A DNA stretch of 64,000 nt, taken from the NCBI GenBank assembly GCA_002269645.1, contig NIVC01000181.1, forward strand, positions 62,001 to 126,000, given 5' to 3'. This document shows, one piece after another, positions 1 through 13,900 of the stretch; position 1 is the first letter of the stretch; the number at the start of each line of letters is the position of its first letter. Made by a program: the position numbers and the translations under genes. The DNA is from Macrostomum lignano (taxonomy: Eukaryota). The notes beneath the pieces were generated by a model. That model was not told the DNA's origin. It made no database searches and worked only from the letters and a program-made list of their open reading frames with translations.

Positions 1-493
1 ATCCTCAGTTGCTGGGCCAGCCTCCCAGATCCTCAGTTGCTGCGCCAGCCTCCCAGATCCTCAGTTGCTGGGCCAGCCTCCCAGATCCTCAGTTGCTGGA
101 CCAGCCTCCCAGATCCTCAGTTGCTGGGCCAGCCTCCCAGATCCTCAGTTGCTGGGCCAGCCTCCCAGATCCTCAGTTGCTGAGCCAGCCTCCCAGATCC
201 TCATTTGCTGAGCCAGCCTCCCAGATCCTCAGTTGCTGAGCCAGCCTTCCAGATCCTCAGTTGCTGAGCCAGCCTCCCAGATCCTCAGTTGCTTGGCCAC
301 CGCCAGCCTCCCAGATCCTCAGTTACTCCGCCAGCCTCCCAGATCCTCAGTTGCTGAGCCAGTCTCCCAGATCCTCAGTTGCTGAGCCAGCCTCCCAGAT
401 CCTCAGTTGCTTGGCCACCGCCAGCCTCCCAGATCCTCAGTTGCTCCGCCAGCCTCCCAGATCCTCAGTTGCTGTGCAAGCCTCCCAGATCCT
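1..493 (+). repeat. 28-bp minisatellite, family A (CCTCAGTTGCTGGGCCAGCCTCCCAGAT); runs off the left window edge
   Basis: Tandem unit read directly; the same unit occurs reverse-complemented at 15640-17725 and 43545-44100. Confidence 0.95.
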
Positions 494-1243
494 GGTTATT
501 TTAAAACCTCATTATTTTCTAACTCAACACATTGCGTCACCAGTACCAAATAAATCAAGTTCATTAAGACCGGCACTTGTCGCTTGATTGATTGATTGAT
601 TAATCCGTTTGCAGGCTAATTTATTTCAATAAGCAATAAAACTAATCCAATTATATTCTAACAGCCAATGCAAATAAACAACAGAAATTAGCGTCAAAAG
701 CTGTTTATAGCATTCTGATCGCAGACAATTGAGTATACATGTATTAATCTGAAGATTTACTGGGCAAGCAAACAGAATTATAATGTTATTGATAAAACAG
801 AGATATGTTCTGCTGTGTAAATTGCATGTCCATGTATGTTACAAAATACCGACTAGACAAGCCATAAAAACCATATCAATTCTGTAGCAGTTCAACAGCC
901 AAAATGTTTCCTGTAAACAGCTGCGTTGCGGCCATGCAAGGCACCTTAACTAAACCAGAAAAAACGCATCATATTACTCACAGTAACAGATAAAATACCT
1001 ATGAAGCATCACACTGTAGACACATCTTGCCAGATTCATTTCTTAGAAAAAATTTGAAGGCTCGCTCTCCGAATTGAATTTACCGCATAGACATAGACTA
1101 ATAGATGTAAGCATATTAATGGCTGCCGTAATCAAGTAAATAAATTAGTAATTAAAAGTGGAAAATTTTCGTTTTTCAAAATCTTTATGTAATATTTTAC
1201 TGCAGTATAATAACAATTAGTTTACTAAATTAATGTGTTATAT

Positions 1244-1547
1244 GGGATGTAGACCAGTGGTCAGAGCGTCGGAGTCACGAATGAAAGGTCGGGGGTTCGA
1301 TTCTCGACCCACTCTCGGAACAATTTGTGTCCTTGAGCAAGACCACTTAACTCTGCACTGCTTCAGTTCACCCTGCTGTAAAATGGGTGCCAGCATTAGC
1401 TGGGGTAATTGAGGGTGTGTGGCGACCCCCCAGTCCTTGGACTGAACAGCCGTACGCAGCCTTCAGATGCGCCGCGCAATAGCTGCGGCTGAGCTGTCGG
1501 TTGCACATCTGGCCCAGTTGCGGCAGGTGTAATCAATTATTATTATT
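1244..1547 (+). mobile_element. tRNA-derived SINE with CORE-like domain
   Basis: Pol III box A (TAGACCAGTGG) and box B (GGTTCGATTC), then GTGTCCTTGAGCAAGACCACTTAAC...CTTCAGTTCACCCTGCTGTAAAATGGG resembling the MIR/CORE consensus, ending in an (ATT)n tail. Confidence 0.8.
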
Positions 1548-1618
1548 GCTGTATGATTAGAGAGTATACGTATGAGCCTTCAATTTTTTTCAACACGAAA
1601 AACGAACTGCGCTTCCCG

Positions 1619-1938
1619 TGTCCCTGCTACACTATCAAGAGGTCCTTGTGCTCCGGCCCGTCCCTGCTACACTATCAAGAGGTCCTTGTGCCCCGGCCCG
1701 TCCCTGCTACACTATCAAGAGGTCCTTGTGCCCCGGCCCGTCCCTGCTACACTATCAAGAGGTCCTTGTGCTCCGGCCCGTCCCTGCTACACTATCAAGA
1801 GGTCCTTGTGCCCCGGCCCGTCCCTGCTACACTATCAAGAGGTCCTTGTGCTCCGGCCCGTCCCTGCTACACTATCAAGAGGTCCTTGTGCCCCGGCCCG
1901 TCCCTGCTACACTATCAAGAGGTCCTTGTGCCCCGGCC
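1619..1938. repeat. 40-bp minisatellite (~8 copies) just downstream of the predicted INPP5A stop
   Basis: Unit TCCCTGCTACACTATCAAGAGGTCCTTGTGCYCCGGCCCG. Confidence 0.95.
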
Positions 1939-1985
1939 AGCGAAGGCCATCCAGCAGGAAGAGACAAGAAAATCAATCGAATATT

Positions 1986-4900
1986 TCAAACAGCCGTCTC
2001 CTTGAAAATGCAGATTGTGGCTCCGTCCCGTCGCACGTGGGTGTAGATTGCGCCGTTTCGCTCAGACATTTTCACCTGCACGCCAGGTTGCTCCAGCAGG
2101 CGGCTGAGCAGCGCCGGCGGCGGGAAGTCCGCGTTCTCCATCAGACAGTGGGAATCTGTGCGGATGCGAGCGTTTCTTTAGTTAGAGGCAGCGGCTGTGT
2201 GCACCTATGAGTGTGACACAATGAGTGTCTATGGCGCTAAAATGAGTGTCTATGGCGCTAAAATGAGTGTCTATGGCGCTAAAATGGGTGTCTATGGCGC
2301 TAAAATGAGTGTCTATGGCGCTAAAATGGGTGTCTATGGCGCTAAAATGAGTGTCTATGGCGCTAAAATGAGTGTCTATGGCACTAAAATGAGTGTCTAT
2401 GGCGCTAAAGTGAGTGTCTACGGCGCTAAAATGAGTGTCTATGGCACTAAAATGGGTGTCTATGGCGCTAAAATGAGTGTCTATGGCACTAAAATGAGTG
2501 TCTATGGCGCTAAAGTGAGTGTCTATGGCACTAAAATGAGTGTCTACGGCGCTAAAATGAGTGGCTATGGCACTAAAATGAGTGTCTATGGCACTAAAAT
2601 GGGTGTCTATGGCGCTAAAATGAGTGTCTATGGCGCTAAAGTGAGTGTCTACGGCGCTAAAATGAGTGTCTATGGCCCTAAAATGGGTGTCTATGGCACT
2701 AAAATGGGCGTCTAGGGCGCTAAAATGAGTGTCTATGGCACTAAAATGAGTGTCTATGGCACTAAAATGGGCGTCTAGGGCGCTAAAATGAGCGTCTATG
2801 GCGCTAAAATGAGTGTCTATGGCACTAAAATGGGCGTCAAGGGCGCTAAAATGAGTGTCTATGGCACTAAAATGGGTGTCTATGGCACTAAAATGAGTGT
2901 CTATGGCGCTAAAATGAGTGTCTGTGGCACTAAAATGAGTGTCTATGGCAGTAAAATGAGTGTCTATGGCAGTAAAATGAGTGTCTATGGCACTAAAATG
3001 AGTGTCTATGGCGCTAAAGTGAGTGTCTATGGCACTAAAATGAGTGTCTATGGCGCTAAAGTGAGTGTCTACGGCGCTAAAATGAGTGTCTATGGCACTA
3101 AAATGAGTGTCTATGGCGCTAAAGTGAGTGTCTATGGCACTAAAATGAGTGTCTACGGCGCTAAAATGAGTGGCTATGGCGCTAAAATGAGTGTCTATGG
3201 CGCTAAAGTGTCTACGGCGCTAAAATGAGTGTCTATGGCCCTAAAATGGGTGTCTATGGCACTAAAATGAGTGTCTATGGCACTAAAATGAGTGTCTATG
3301 GCACTAAAATGGGCGTCTAGGGCGCTAAAATGAGCGTCTATGGCGCTAAAATGAGTGTCTATGGCGCTAAAATGAGTGTCTATTGCGCTAAAATGAGTGT
3401 CTATGGCACTAAAATGAGTGGCTATGGCACTAAAATGGGTGTCTATGGCGCTAAAATGAGTGTCTATGGCACTAAAATGAGCGTCTAGGGCGCTAAAATG
3501 AGTGTCTATTGCGCTAAAATGAGTGTCTATGGCAGTAAAATGAGTGTCTATGACACTAAAATGAGTGTCTATGGCACTAAAATGAGTGTCTATGGCACTA
3601 AAATGAGTGTCTATGGCACTAAAATGAGCGTCTAGGGCGCTAAAATGAGCGTCTATGGCGCTAAAATGAGTGTCTATTGCGCTAAAATGAGTGTCTATGG
3701 CACTAAAATGAGTGTCTATGGCACTAAAATGAGTGTCTATGGCACTAAAATGAGCGTCTAGGGCGCTAAAATGAGCGTCTAGGGCGCTAAAATGAGTGTC
3801 TATTGCGCTAAAATGAGTGTCTATGGCAGTAAAATGAGTGTCTATGGCACTAAAATGAGTGTCTATGGCACTAAAATGAGTGTCTATGGCACTAAAATGA
3901 GTGTCTATGGCACTAAAATGAGTGTCTATGGCACTAAAATGAGTGTCTGTGGCGCTAAAATTGGTGTCTATGGCGCTAAAATGAGTATCTATGGCAGTAA
4001 AATGAGTGTCTATGGCAGTAAAATGAGTGTCTATGGCGCTAAAATGAGTGTCTGTGGCACTAAAATGAGTGTCTATGGCAGTAAAATGAGTGTCTATGGC
4101 ACTAAAATGAGTGTCTATGGCAGTAAAATGAGTGTCTATGGCGCTAAAATGAGTGTCTATGGCGCTAAAATGAGTGTCTATGGCGCTAAAATGAGTGTCT
4201 ATGGCGCTAAAATGAGTGTCTATGGCACTAAAATTGGTGTCTATGGCGCTAAAATGAGTGTCTATGGCACTAAAATGAGTGTCTATGGCACTAAAATGAG
4301 AGTCTTTAGAACCCAGTTTGCCTACTCACTGTAACAGTAGTATTTCTCGAGTTTCAACCAACAAAGTGGTCTTGAAATTAGAATCGTGACCAGTTTAAAA
4401 AATGAAAATTCTCACCAGCTGCTGAGGCGCCGTAGCACAGCAAAGTGTACAGGTACACCGGCTTGTGGTCACCCATGCAGTCTTGAAGCCCGAGCACGCC
4501 GTACTGCGTCGGGTCCTCTGGCGGGCAGAGAATGGCGGACCTAGCGGAGCTCGAACACAGGACCCTGTCGCACCAGGCGGGCAGGCGGGTGGCCATGTAC
4601 TCGGTGGCGTCGCGCTCCGATGCGCCCTCGCTGAACGGATAAGTTGGCGGAAATGTGACCGGAAACTCGAACAGGCTGCTGTCGAAGCTGCTGGGCTCAA
4701 AGTCCAGCTGGCCGAGCTGAGCAGCGGGTCGGGTGTTGCGGGATCATATTGAACTGCTAGGGGTCTCAAAAATCCCATTGTATCGATAATACCATTTTAT
4801 CGATAATCCCATTTGATCGATAATCCTATTTTATCGATAATCCCATTTGATCGATAATCCCATTTGATCGATAATCTTATTTGCTCGATAATATCATTTG

Positions 4901-7900
4901 ATCGATAATCCCATTTGATCGAAAATCTCATTGTATCGATAATCCTATTTGATCGATAATCCAATTTGATTAGTAATCTGATTTGATTTATAATCTTATT
5001 TAATTGATAATTTTATTTAATCGATAATCCCATTTGATCAATAATCCAATTTGATTGATAATCCCATTTAATCGATAATCCCATTTGATCAATAATCCAA
5101 TTTGATTGATAATCCCATTTAATCGATAATCCCATTTGATCAATAATCCAAATTGATTGATAATCCCATTTAATCGATAATCCCATTTGATCAATAATCC
5201 TATTTGATTGATAATCCCATTTGATCGATACTCCCAACTGATCGATAATCACAACTGATCGATAATCCCAACTAATCGATAATCCCAACTGATTCATTTG
5301 ATCGATAATCCCTTCACGATCCTTATTGATCTGTAATCTCAATCACTCGTACAACTACCAAAGAGACCAGTTGACACTCAAGGAAGCTTACCCAGATATG
5401 CTTATTTTCAAAAAATTCTCTGCTATGTGTGCAGCTGTGGAACTGTTTCTTTCCCACGGTGAGGACTCGATCGTCCCCACGGTAATACTCGATGCTGAGG
5501 TGGCCGTCCTTGTCCCGCTGCTCAGTGCGCCGGCACTTCTGGGTGACGGTCTGAGGGTTTTGAGGTTAGATTCAACCATTCACTTCACTTGAACATGCGT
5601 GAATAGCCTGCAAAAGACAATTCATAACATTAACTACCAGATTCACAACCTTAACTACCAGATTCACAACCTCAACTACCCGATTCACAACATTAACTAC
5701 CAGATTCACAACATTAACTACCAGATTCACAACCTCAACTACTCGATTCACAACCTCAACTACCCGATTCACAACCTCAACTACCCGATTCACAACCTCA
5801 ACTACTCGATTCACAACCTCAACTACCCGATTCACAACCTCAACTACCAGATTCACAACCTCAACTACCAGATTCACAACCTCAACTACCCGATTCACAA
5901 CCTCAACTACCCGATTCACAACCTCAACTACCCGATTCACAACTTCAACTACCCGATTCACAACTTCAACTACCTGATTCACAACCTCAACTACTAGATT
6001 CACAACCTCAACTACCCGATTCACAACCTCAACTACTCGATTCACAACCTCAACTACCCGATTCACAACCTCAACTACCCGATTCACAACCTCAACTACT
6101 CGATTCACAACCTCAACTACCCGATTCACAACCTCAACTACCAGATTCACAACCTCAACTACCAGATTCACAACCTCAACTACCCGATTCACAACCTCAA
6201 CTACTCGATTCACAACCTCAACTACCCGATTCACAACCTCAACTACCCGATTCACAACCTCAACTACCCGATTCACAACTTCAACTACCAGATTCACAAC
6301 CTCAACTACCTGATTCACAACCTCAACTACTAGATTCACAACCTCAACTACCCGATTCATTCAATCCAATCTACCTTAACGTAAGCTTCAAGGTTGAGTC
6401 GAAAATTAAAGTCGCCGAACACAAAGCTCGGCACAGGCAGTCGCTCAGCCGACAAGCTCTCGCCTCCGTCTTCGACGCCTTTGACGCCAGAGCCAGAGCT
6501 GGCCGCAATGGCGAATTCGTCTTTGACAGGCGGCCCGCTGCGCAGCTGATCCAGGATCCACATCAGGGCGTCTCGGCGATGCCTGGCGTAGACCGAGGGC
6601 GTCTGGAATTTCCGAAGATGGAGCTCGGAATTCACTCTGACCTTATAATGACCCTACTCTGACCCTACTCTGACCCTACTCTGACCCTACTCTGACCCTA
6701 CTCTGACACTACTCTGACCCTACTCTGACCCTATTCTGACCCTACTCTGACCCTACTCAGACCCTACTCAGACCCTAATCTGACCCTACTCAGACCCTAC
6801 TCTAACCCTACTCTGACACTACTCTGACCCTAATCTGACCCTACTCAGACCCTACTCTGACCCTACTCAGACCCTACTCAGACCCTACTCAGACCCTACT
6901 CAGACCCTATTCTAACCCTACTCTGACACTACTCTGACCCTACTCTGACCCTACTCAGACCCTAATCTGACCCTACTCTGACACTACTCTGACCCTACTC
7001 TGACCCTATTCTGACCCTACTCTGACCCTACTCAGACCCTACTCAGACCCTAATCTGACCCTACTCTGACACTACTCTGACCCTACTCTGACCCTATTCT
7101 GACCCTACTCTGACCCTACTCAGACCCTACTCAGACCCTACTCAGACCCTACTCAGACCCTACTCTGACACTAATCTGGCCCTACTCTGAACCGCAGATC
7201 AATGCGCAAGTTAACCCACCTGTGACAAGCCGTCCAGGTTTGATGCGTCGTGAAACAGGTGCACGTTGACGAGGTCGAATGTGGCGACACCAGCACGCCA
7301 GCGAGTTCGCATGTAGCCTTTGCGAGACAGGACTTGCTGCAAAATCGGGCGATAATAACCAAAAGTACACTTAAATGTACATTGATGGAATGCAGCGTAA
7401 GCGCGGTGTTTACAAGTTGACTGAAGATCAACCGGAATGTACGCATAGAGATACTGTACATTGAATGTACGCATAGAGATATTGTACATTGAATGCACGC
7501 ATAGAGATACTGTACATTGAATGTACGCATAGAGATACTGTACATTGAATGCACGCATAGAGATACTGTACATTGAATGCACGCATAGAGACACTGTACA
7601 TTGAATGCACGCATAGATGCTGTACATTGAATGCACGCATAGAGATACTGTACATTGAATGCACGCATAGAGATACTGTACATTGAATGTACGCATAGAG
7701 ATACTGTACATTGAAATTTCAAGTATCAAACAGCATCATATAAGCTTTATTATCACAAAGATGGCTTACGTTGGGAAAAAATTTCAGTGGAAATTTTCGC
7801 TTTTCCACCTCGCCGACCGCCTCAATGGGACCGCGGTGCTCCTGCAGGGTGATTGAAAATGTTTAATAATGATTTATTAATCAGGTAGATATGAATTTCT

Positions 7901-10900
7901 TGTTTATCGAAACTGGTTAACCATGGCAAATGTCTAGCAGGCAAGTTAAACAAGATAGGTGCATAATAAATTAAGGCCTAGGAAGGAAGAACAGTGAACA
8001 CTTGGGTTAGATTATGAAATACACTGAACTGACGGTAGAGGGAATTGCTTCAATATGCAACTTTTTTCTTATCTTGCTGCTTCTGCACGGGAGAGAGAGC
8101 TAAATAAAATCCTGCAACACCAATTCAATCAGACAGTCTGCAGCTCGCGACTGGAGTACCGATAAGACAGTCTCGGGCTCGAATCCCTTCTGTTTAGAAG
8201 AGTCACTCGCACTCAGATCTGATTCACTCGCACTCAGACCTGAGTCACTCGCAATTAAACCTGAGTCACTCACATTCAGACCTGAGTCACTCGCATTCAG
8301 ACCTGAGTCACTCACATTCAGACCTGAGTCACTCGCACTCAGACCTGAGTCACTCACACTCAGACCTGAGTCACTCGCATTCAGACCTGAGTCACTCGCA
8401 TTCAGACCTGAGTCACTCACATTTAGACCTGAGTCACTCGCACTCAGACCTGAGTCACTCACATTCAGACCTGAGTCACTCACACTCAGACCTGAGTCAC
8501 TCGCACTCAGACATGAATCTCTCGCACTCAGATAACAAAACCCCAGCATAGCTTGGGCTGCTTAGTCGAGTCAGCTGTTTTACTAGCCACAAATTTTATG
8601 TCAAATCCCACAGCCGTTCCGATTGCGCCGTCCGAGTAATATCCCATTCCGGGATTTTTTATTCACGCCCGACTGCAATCTGATGAGATTGTAAGAAGGG
8701 GCTGCGAGCTGGCCGAGACGGACTCAGAGTGCCCCTAGGTCTCATCTGTGGGTGAATATAAAATGAAACACATGTGGGGTTGAAAGAGGGGGGGTGAAAA
8801 ACGCGACACGCAATGGAACTTGAAACGCGCTGGGCGCGGAAATGCCAACTTGGCTGAGAGTGGGCAGTTGCAGTTGGGGGAGCTGAATCATGGATAAATA
8901 ATTGGGTAGAGATGCTTAAAACCTGGCAACAGAAAGATATATTGAGACGGAGTAGATTGGAGTAGACAGCGGAGTAGACAGCGGAGTAGACAGCGGAGTA
9001 GACAGTGGAGTAGACGGCGGAGTAGACGGCAGAGTAAACAGCGGAGTAGACAGTGAAGTAGACAGTGGAGTAGACAGTGGAGTAGACAGTCAAGTAAAAA
9101 GCGGGAGTAGACAGCGGAGTAGACAGTGAAGTAGACAGCGGAGTAGACAGTGGAATTAAAAGCGGGAGTAGACAGCGGAGTAGACAGTGGAGTAAAAAGC
9201 GGGTGTAGACAACAGAGTAGACAGTAGAATGAAGAATGGAGTAGACAGCAGAGTAGACAGCGAAGTAGACAGTGGAGTAGACAGCGGAGTAGACAGTGGA
9301 GTAGACAACAGAGTAAACCGTAGAATGAAGAATGGAGTAGACAGCGAAGTAGACAGTGGAGTAGACAGTGGAGTAGACAGTGGAGTAGACAAAAGAGTAG
9401 ACAGTAGAATGGAGAATGGAGTAGACAGTGGAGTAGACAGCGGAGTAAAGGGCGGAGTAGACAGTGGAGTAGACAGTGAAGTAAAAAGCGGGAGTAGACA
9501 ACAGAGTAGACAGTAGAATGGAGAATAGAGTAGACAGTGGAGTAGACAGAATAGTAGAGAGCGGAGTAGCCGGTGCCAATAAAACAGCTGGGCAGACCCA
9601 TACTAAGCCTGTAGCTGTAGGGCAAAGCAATTTAGGCACTATTGATTAGAGCTATCCTGTGGATTATCTCTCTGACTTCAGTCCCGAACCAACTCTAAGA
9701 GAGCTCTATTTACATGCTCGTAGCCTGATATTCTGTTCTCCCCAGTCCTTGCTGCTTCTAAAAGATAGGATAGAACAAAAAATACATATATGTACACAAG
9801 CAAAACCAGATAAGCAACTGGGATAATTCCTGGCCAACAACTAGCTTATCAGAATCGAGTGATCGATGACGGGTAACTCGTCCAGCATCCGGCATCATCT
9901 TCATCAACCCCCCCCCAAGGGATTGTCGGCACAGAGGAGAGCCCGACGTCAAGAAGTGCGGAGGAGGAGCAGGAGGAGAAGAAGCTCAGGGAAATCATCT
10001 CCCTCATATTCAAGTAACTGAGCTGACTGCGAGCGGCTCTCATTAATTATTGAACCGACTTTCGCCCGCCTCAACTGGTTCTTAGCTGGCAGTTATAAAC
10101 TGCAGTTGAACCGGAGGCCCGGGTGTGAATGAATACACTGATGTTGAGGAGGCGGACATAAGGGATGGAGCTTCAGAATACATAGGAAGACAGAAGGTGG
10201 AGAAAAAAGAGAGATGGACAGAGTGGCAGAAAGGGGAGATTAGAGACAAGTAGAGAGATGTGTCTGTCTCAGAGATAAGAGACAAAGAAGTAGAGACATG
10301 AGAAATTAGATATAAGAGACAGAGAAGTAGAAGATGAGAGATTAGAGAAGTAGAGGATGAGAGATTAGAGAAGTAGAAGTAGAGGCGTGAGAGATAAGAG
10401 CCAGAGAAGTAGAGACATGAGAGATAAGAGCCAGAGAAGTAGAGATATGAGAGATGAGAGCCAGAGAAGTAGAGACGTGAGAGAGATGAGAGCCAGAGAA
10501 GTAGAGACGTGAGAGATGAGAGCCAGAGAAGTAGAGACGTGAGAGATAGGAGCCAGAGAAGTAGAGACATGAGAGATGAGGTACAGAGAAGTAGAGACGT
10601 GAGAGATAAGAGCCAGAGAAGTAGAGACGTGAGAGATAGGAGCCAGAGAAGTAGAGACATGAGAGATGAGGTACAGAGAAGTAGAGAAGAGTGTGCAGAG
10701 AATAGCGCGGTGCAGGCAGGCAAGTGTAGCGGCTCAGTGAATTGAGAGAGAGGGGAAGCTACCGCAGGGCACAGAGGCAGGGCAGAGGCCAGCTCAGTGG
10801 ATGGTGATCCGCTCGTTAAAGCGAGTTAATCCGCATTTTACGGCCACTAAATCCGGTGCATTTTGCTGGCCGCTGCTGGCCTCAAACTCAGCCTCTCTCC

Positions 10901-13900
10901 CCACCTCATGATAGCCGGCTTGCCCGTCCACTAAATAAAGATCAAGACCCACTTCTGCAGAATCGACATCAGATCTTCCCCTGTGTGATCCGATCTCTAC
11001 TTTCTCTCTCTCTCTCTCCTGAACTCAGCAAGCCAAGTCAAGCGAGCAGGCCAATTTAGTAAATTGGCCTCTCTTTAAAGCTCAGTTGCAAGTCAACTCC
11101 CGAGAGGCAACTCAAAAAACCTCACAGTCCATGTTCGAATAGATTTTAATTTCACGAATTGCGCCTGTAGTTACAGCACTGGTGCCTGTTGCCTATTTGG
11201 TGCAAATTCAGTCACCGTTAGTTGCAACTTTAATAGCAAAATGAACAAAAAAGCATCAATCTTTTTAACCTTGACGAGACATACGCAAGGGGCACTGAGA
11301 CAGACACAATCAGCACTGAGACAGACACAATTAGCACTGAGACAGACACAATCAGCACTGAGACAGACACAATCAGCACTGAGACAGACACAATCAGCAC
11401 TGAGACAGATACAATCAGCACTGAGACAGACACAATCAGCACTGAGACAGGCACAATCAGCACTGAGACAGACACAATCAGCACTGAGACAGACACAATC
11501 AGCACTGAGACAGATACAATCAGCACTGAGACAGACACAATCAGCACTGAGACAGACACAATCAGCACTGAGACAGATACAATCAGCACTGAGACAGACA
11601 CAATCAGCACTGAGACAGATACAATCAGCACTGAGACAGACACAATCAGCACTGAGACAGACACAATCAGCACTGAGACAGACACAATCAGCACTGAGAC
11701 AGGCACAATCAGCACTGAGACAGATACAATCAGCACTGAGACAGGCACAATCAGCACTGAGACAGATACAATCAGCACTGAGACAGACACAATCAGCACT
11801 GAGACAGATACAATCAGCACTGAGACAGACACAATCAGCACTGAGACAGACACAATCAGCACTGTGACAGGCACAATCAGCACTGAGACAGATACAATCA
11901 GCACTGAGACAGACACAATCAGCACTGAGACAGACACAATCAGCACTGAGACAGACACAATCAGCACTGAGACAGACACAATCAGCACTGAGACAGACAC
12001 AATCAGCACTGAGACAGGCACAATCAGCACTGAGACAGATACAATCAGCACTGAGACAGATACAATCAGCACTGAGACAGACACAATCAGCACTGAGACA
12101 GATACAATCAGCACTGAGACAGACACAATCAGCACTGAGACAGATACAATCAGCACTGAGACAGACACAATCAGCACTGAGACAGACACAATCAGCACTG
12201 AGACAGACACAATCAGCACTGAGACAGGCACAATCAGCACTGAGACAGATACAATCAGCACTGAGACAGACACAATCAGCACTGAGACAGATACAATCAG
12301 CACTGAGACAGACACAATCAGCACTGAGACAGATACAATCAGCACTGAGACAGACACAATCAGCACTGAGACAGACACAATCAGCACTGTGACAGGCACA
12401 ATCAGCACTGAGACAGATACAATCAGCACTGAGACAGACACAATCAGCACTGAGACAGACACAATCAGCACTGAGACAGACACAATCAGCACTGAGACAG
12501 ACACAATCAGCACTGAGACAGACACAATCAGCACTGAGACAGACACAATCAGCACTGAGACAGACACAATCAGCACTGAGACAGGCACAATCAGCACTGA
12601 GACAGACACAATCAGCACTGAGACAGACACAATCAGCACTGAGACAGACACAATCAGCACTGAGACTCTTACGAAGCGGTCCCGAAGCTGCACAAAGCGG
12701 GACTTGTTGAAGTCCCACAGCGCCACATCCGGGACGCGAGCGTGCACGAAGTACAGCGAGCCGAGAGCCTGCGGGCGAGGCAGAGGGGAGAAGGAATGCG
12801 TCAGGAAAAGAAAGAACTAAAAGCAAAAGAGAAATGGTCAATTTATTGTTCATTCCAGAACAATTCCTTTTCAGTCAAGCAGCTGCGGACCGAGAAGTGG
12901 GCGGGCGAAGGCCAAGTGGACACAAGAAAAGAAACGCGGGAAGAAAATACGATTGAAAGACGAATAGACAAAAAGCGAGAGGAGAGTGATAGAGAGGCGG
13001 GGTCCAAGCCAAGGCGTCCCAAATCCAGAGCATTGGAGCGGCGAAACCAAAGTTCAGAAATATCTTCTAAAATTATCAACACATCGCGTTTCACTTCACT
13101 TTTAGGGTGTAAATTTACATTCGAATTCAGGCTCTGCAGTCAGCCTACAGTTGTCTGAAAAAATGAAAATGAAGGCGTCGAGGTGGAGTCGCCACTCCAG
13201 GCTCTGGTTCTCGACCTCCTTGCCCAAGCCAAGACAGCCGGGCATCTGTCAGCTGTCAGTAACAGGCAGGGAAACTGCCAACAAGGAGCGAAACCGAACG
13301 GAAGTCTGGCAGCCATGTCTGTCTATCTCTTTCTCGTATCCAGAGCCCTTGAAAAACGTGAAGAAACAACCCCCCCCCTCCTGAAGACGCCGCAGAAAAA
13401 GCAAACAGTGTAGAGGCGGTGGCAGCAAGGTGGATTAGAAAAAGTACGCAAAAAATCTTTGCTATTTAGCAAAACACACAAGTGGACAAGCGGTTTGGGT
13501 CTAAGGTGCATCTTTGCAGGTCTGTCAGCAAAGAGGAAGCCAAGTAATCAAGTCTACTCTAGGAAAGGAGAGACAGGGAGAGAGACAGGGAGAGAGACAG
13601 CGAGAGAGACAGGCAGAGACAGCGAGAGAGACAGGGAGAGAGACAGGGAGAGAGACAGGGAGAGAGACAGGGAGAGACAGGGAGAGAGACAGGTTGAGAC
13701 AGGGAGAGAGACAGGGAGAGAGACAGGTAGAGACAGGGAGAGAGACAGGGAGAGAGACAGCGAGAGAGACAGGGAGAGAGACAGGGAGAGAGACAGCGAG
13801 AGAGACAGGCAGAGACAGGCAGAGAGACAGCGAGAGAGACAGGCAGAGACAGGGAGAGAGACAGGGAGAGAGACAGGGAGAGAGACAGGGAGAGAGACAG

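Noticed and set aside
1244-1320. tRNA gene
   Set aside because: It has A and B boxes but continues into a CORE domain and tail without a proper acceptor stem or terminator, so it is a SINE head.
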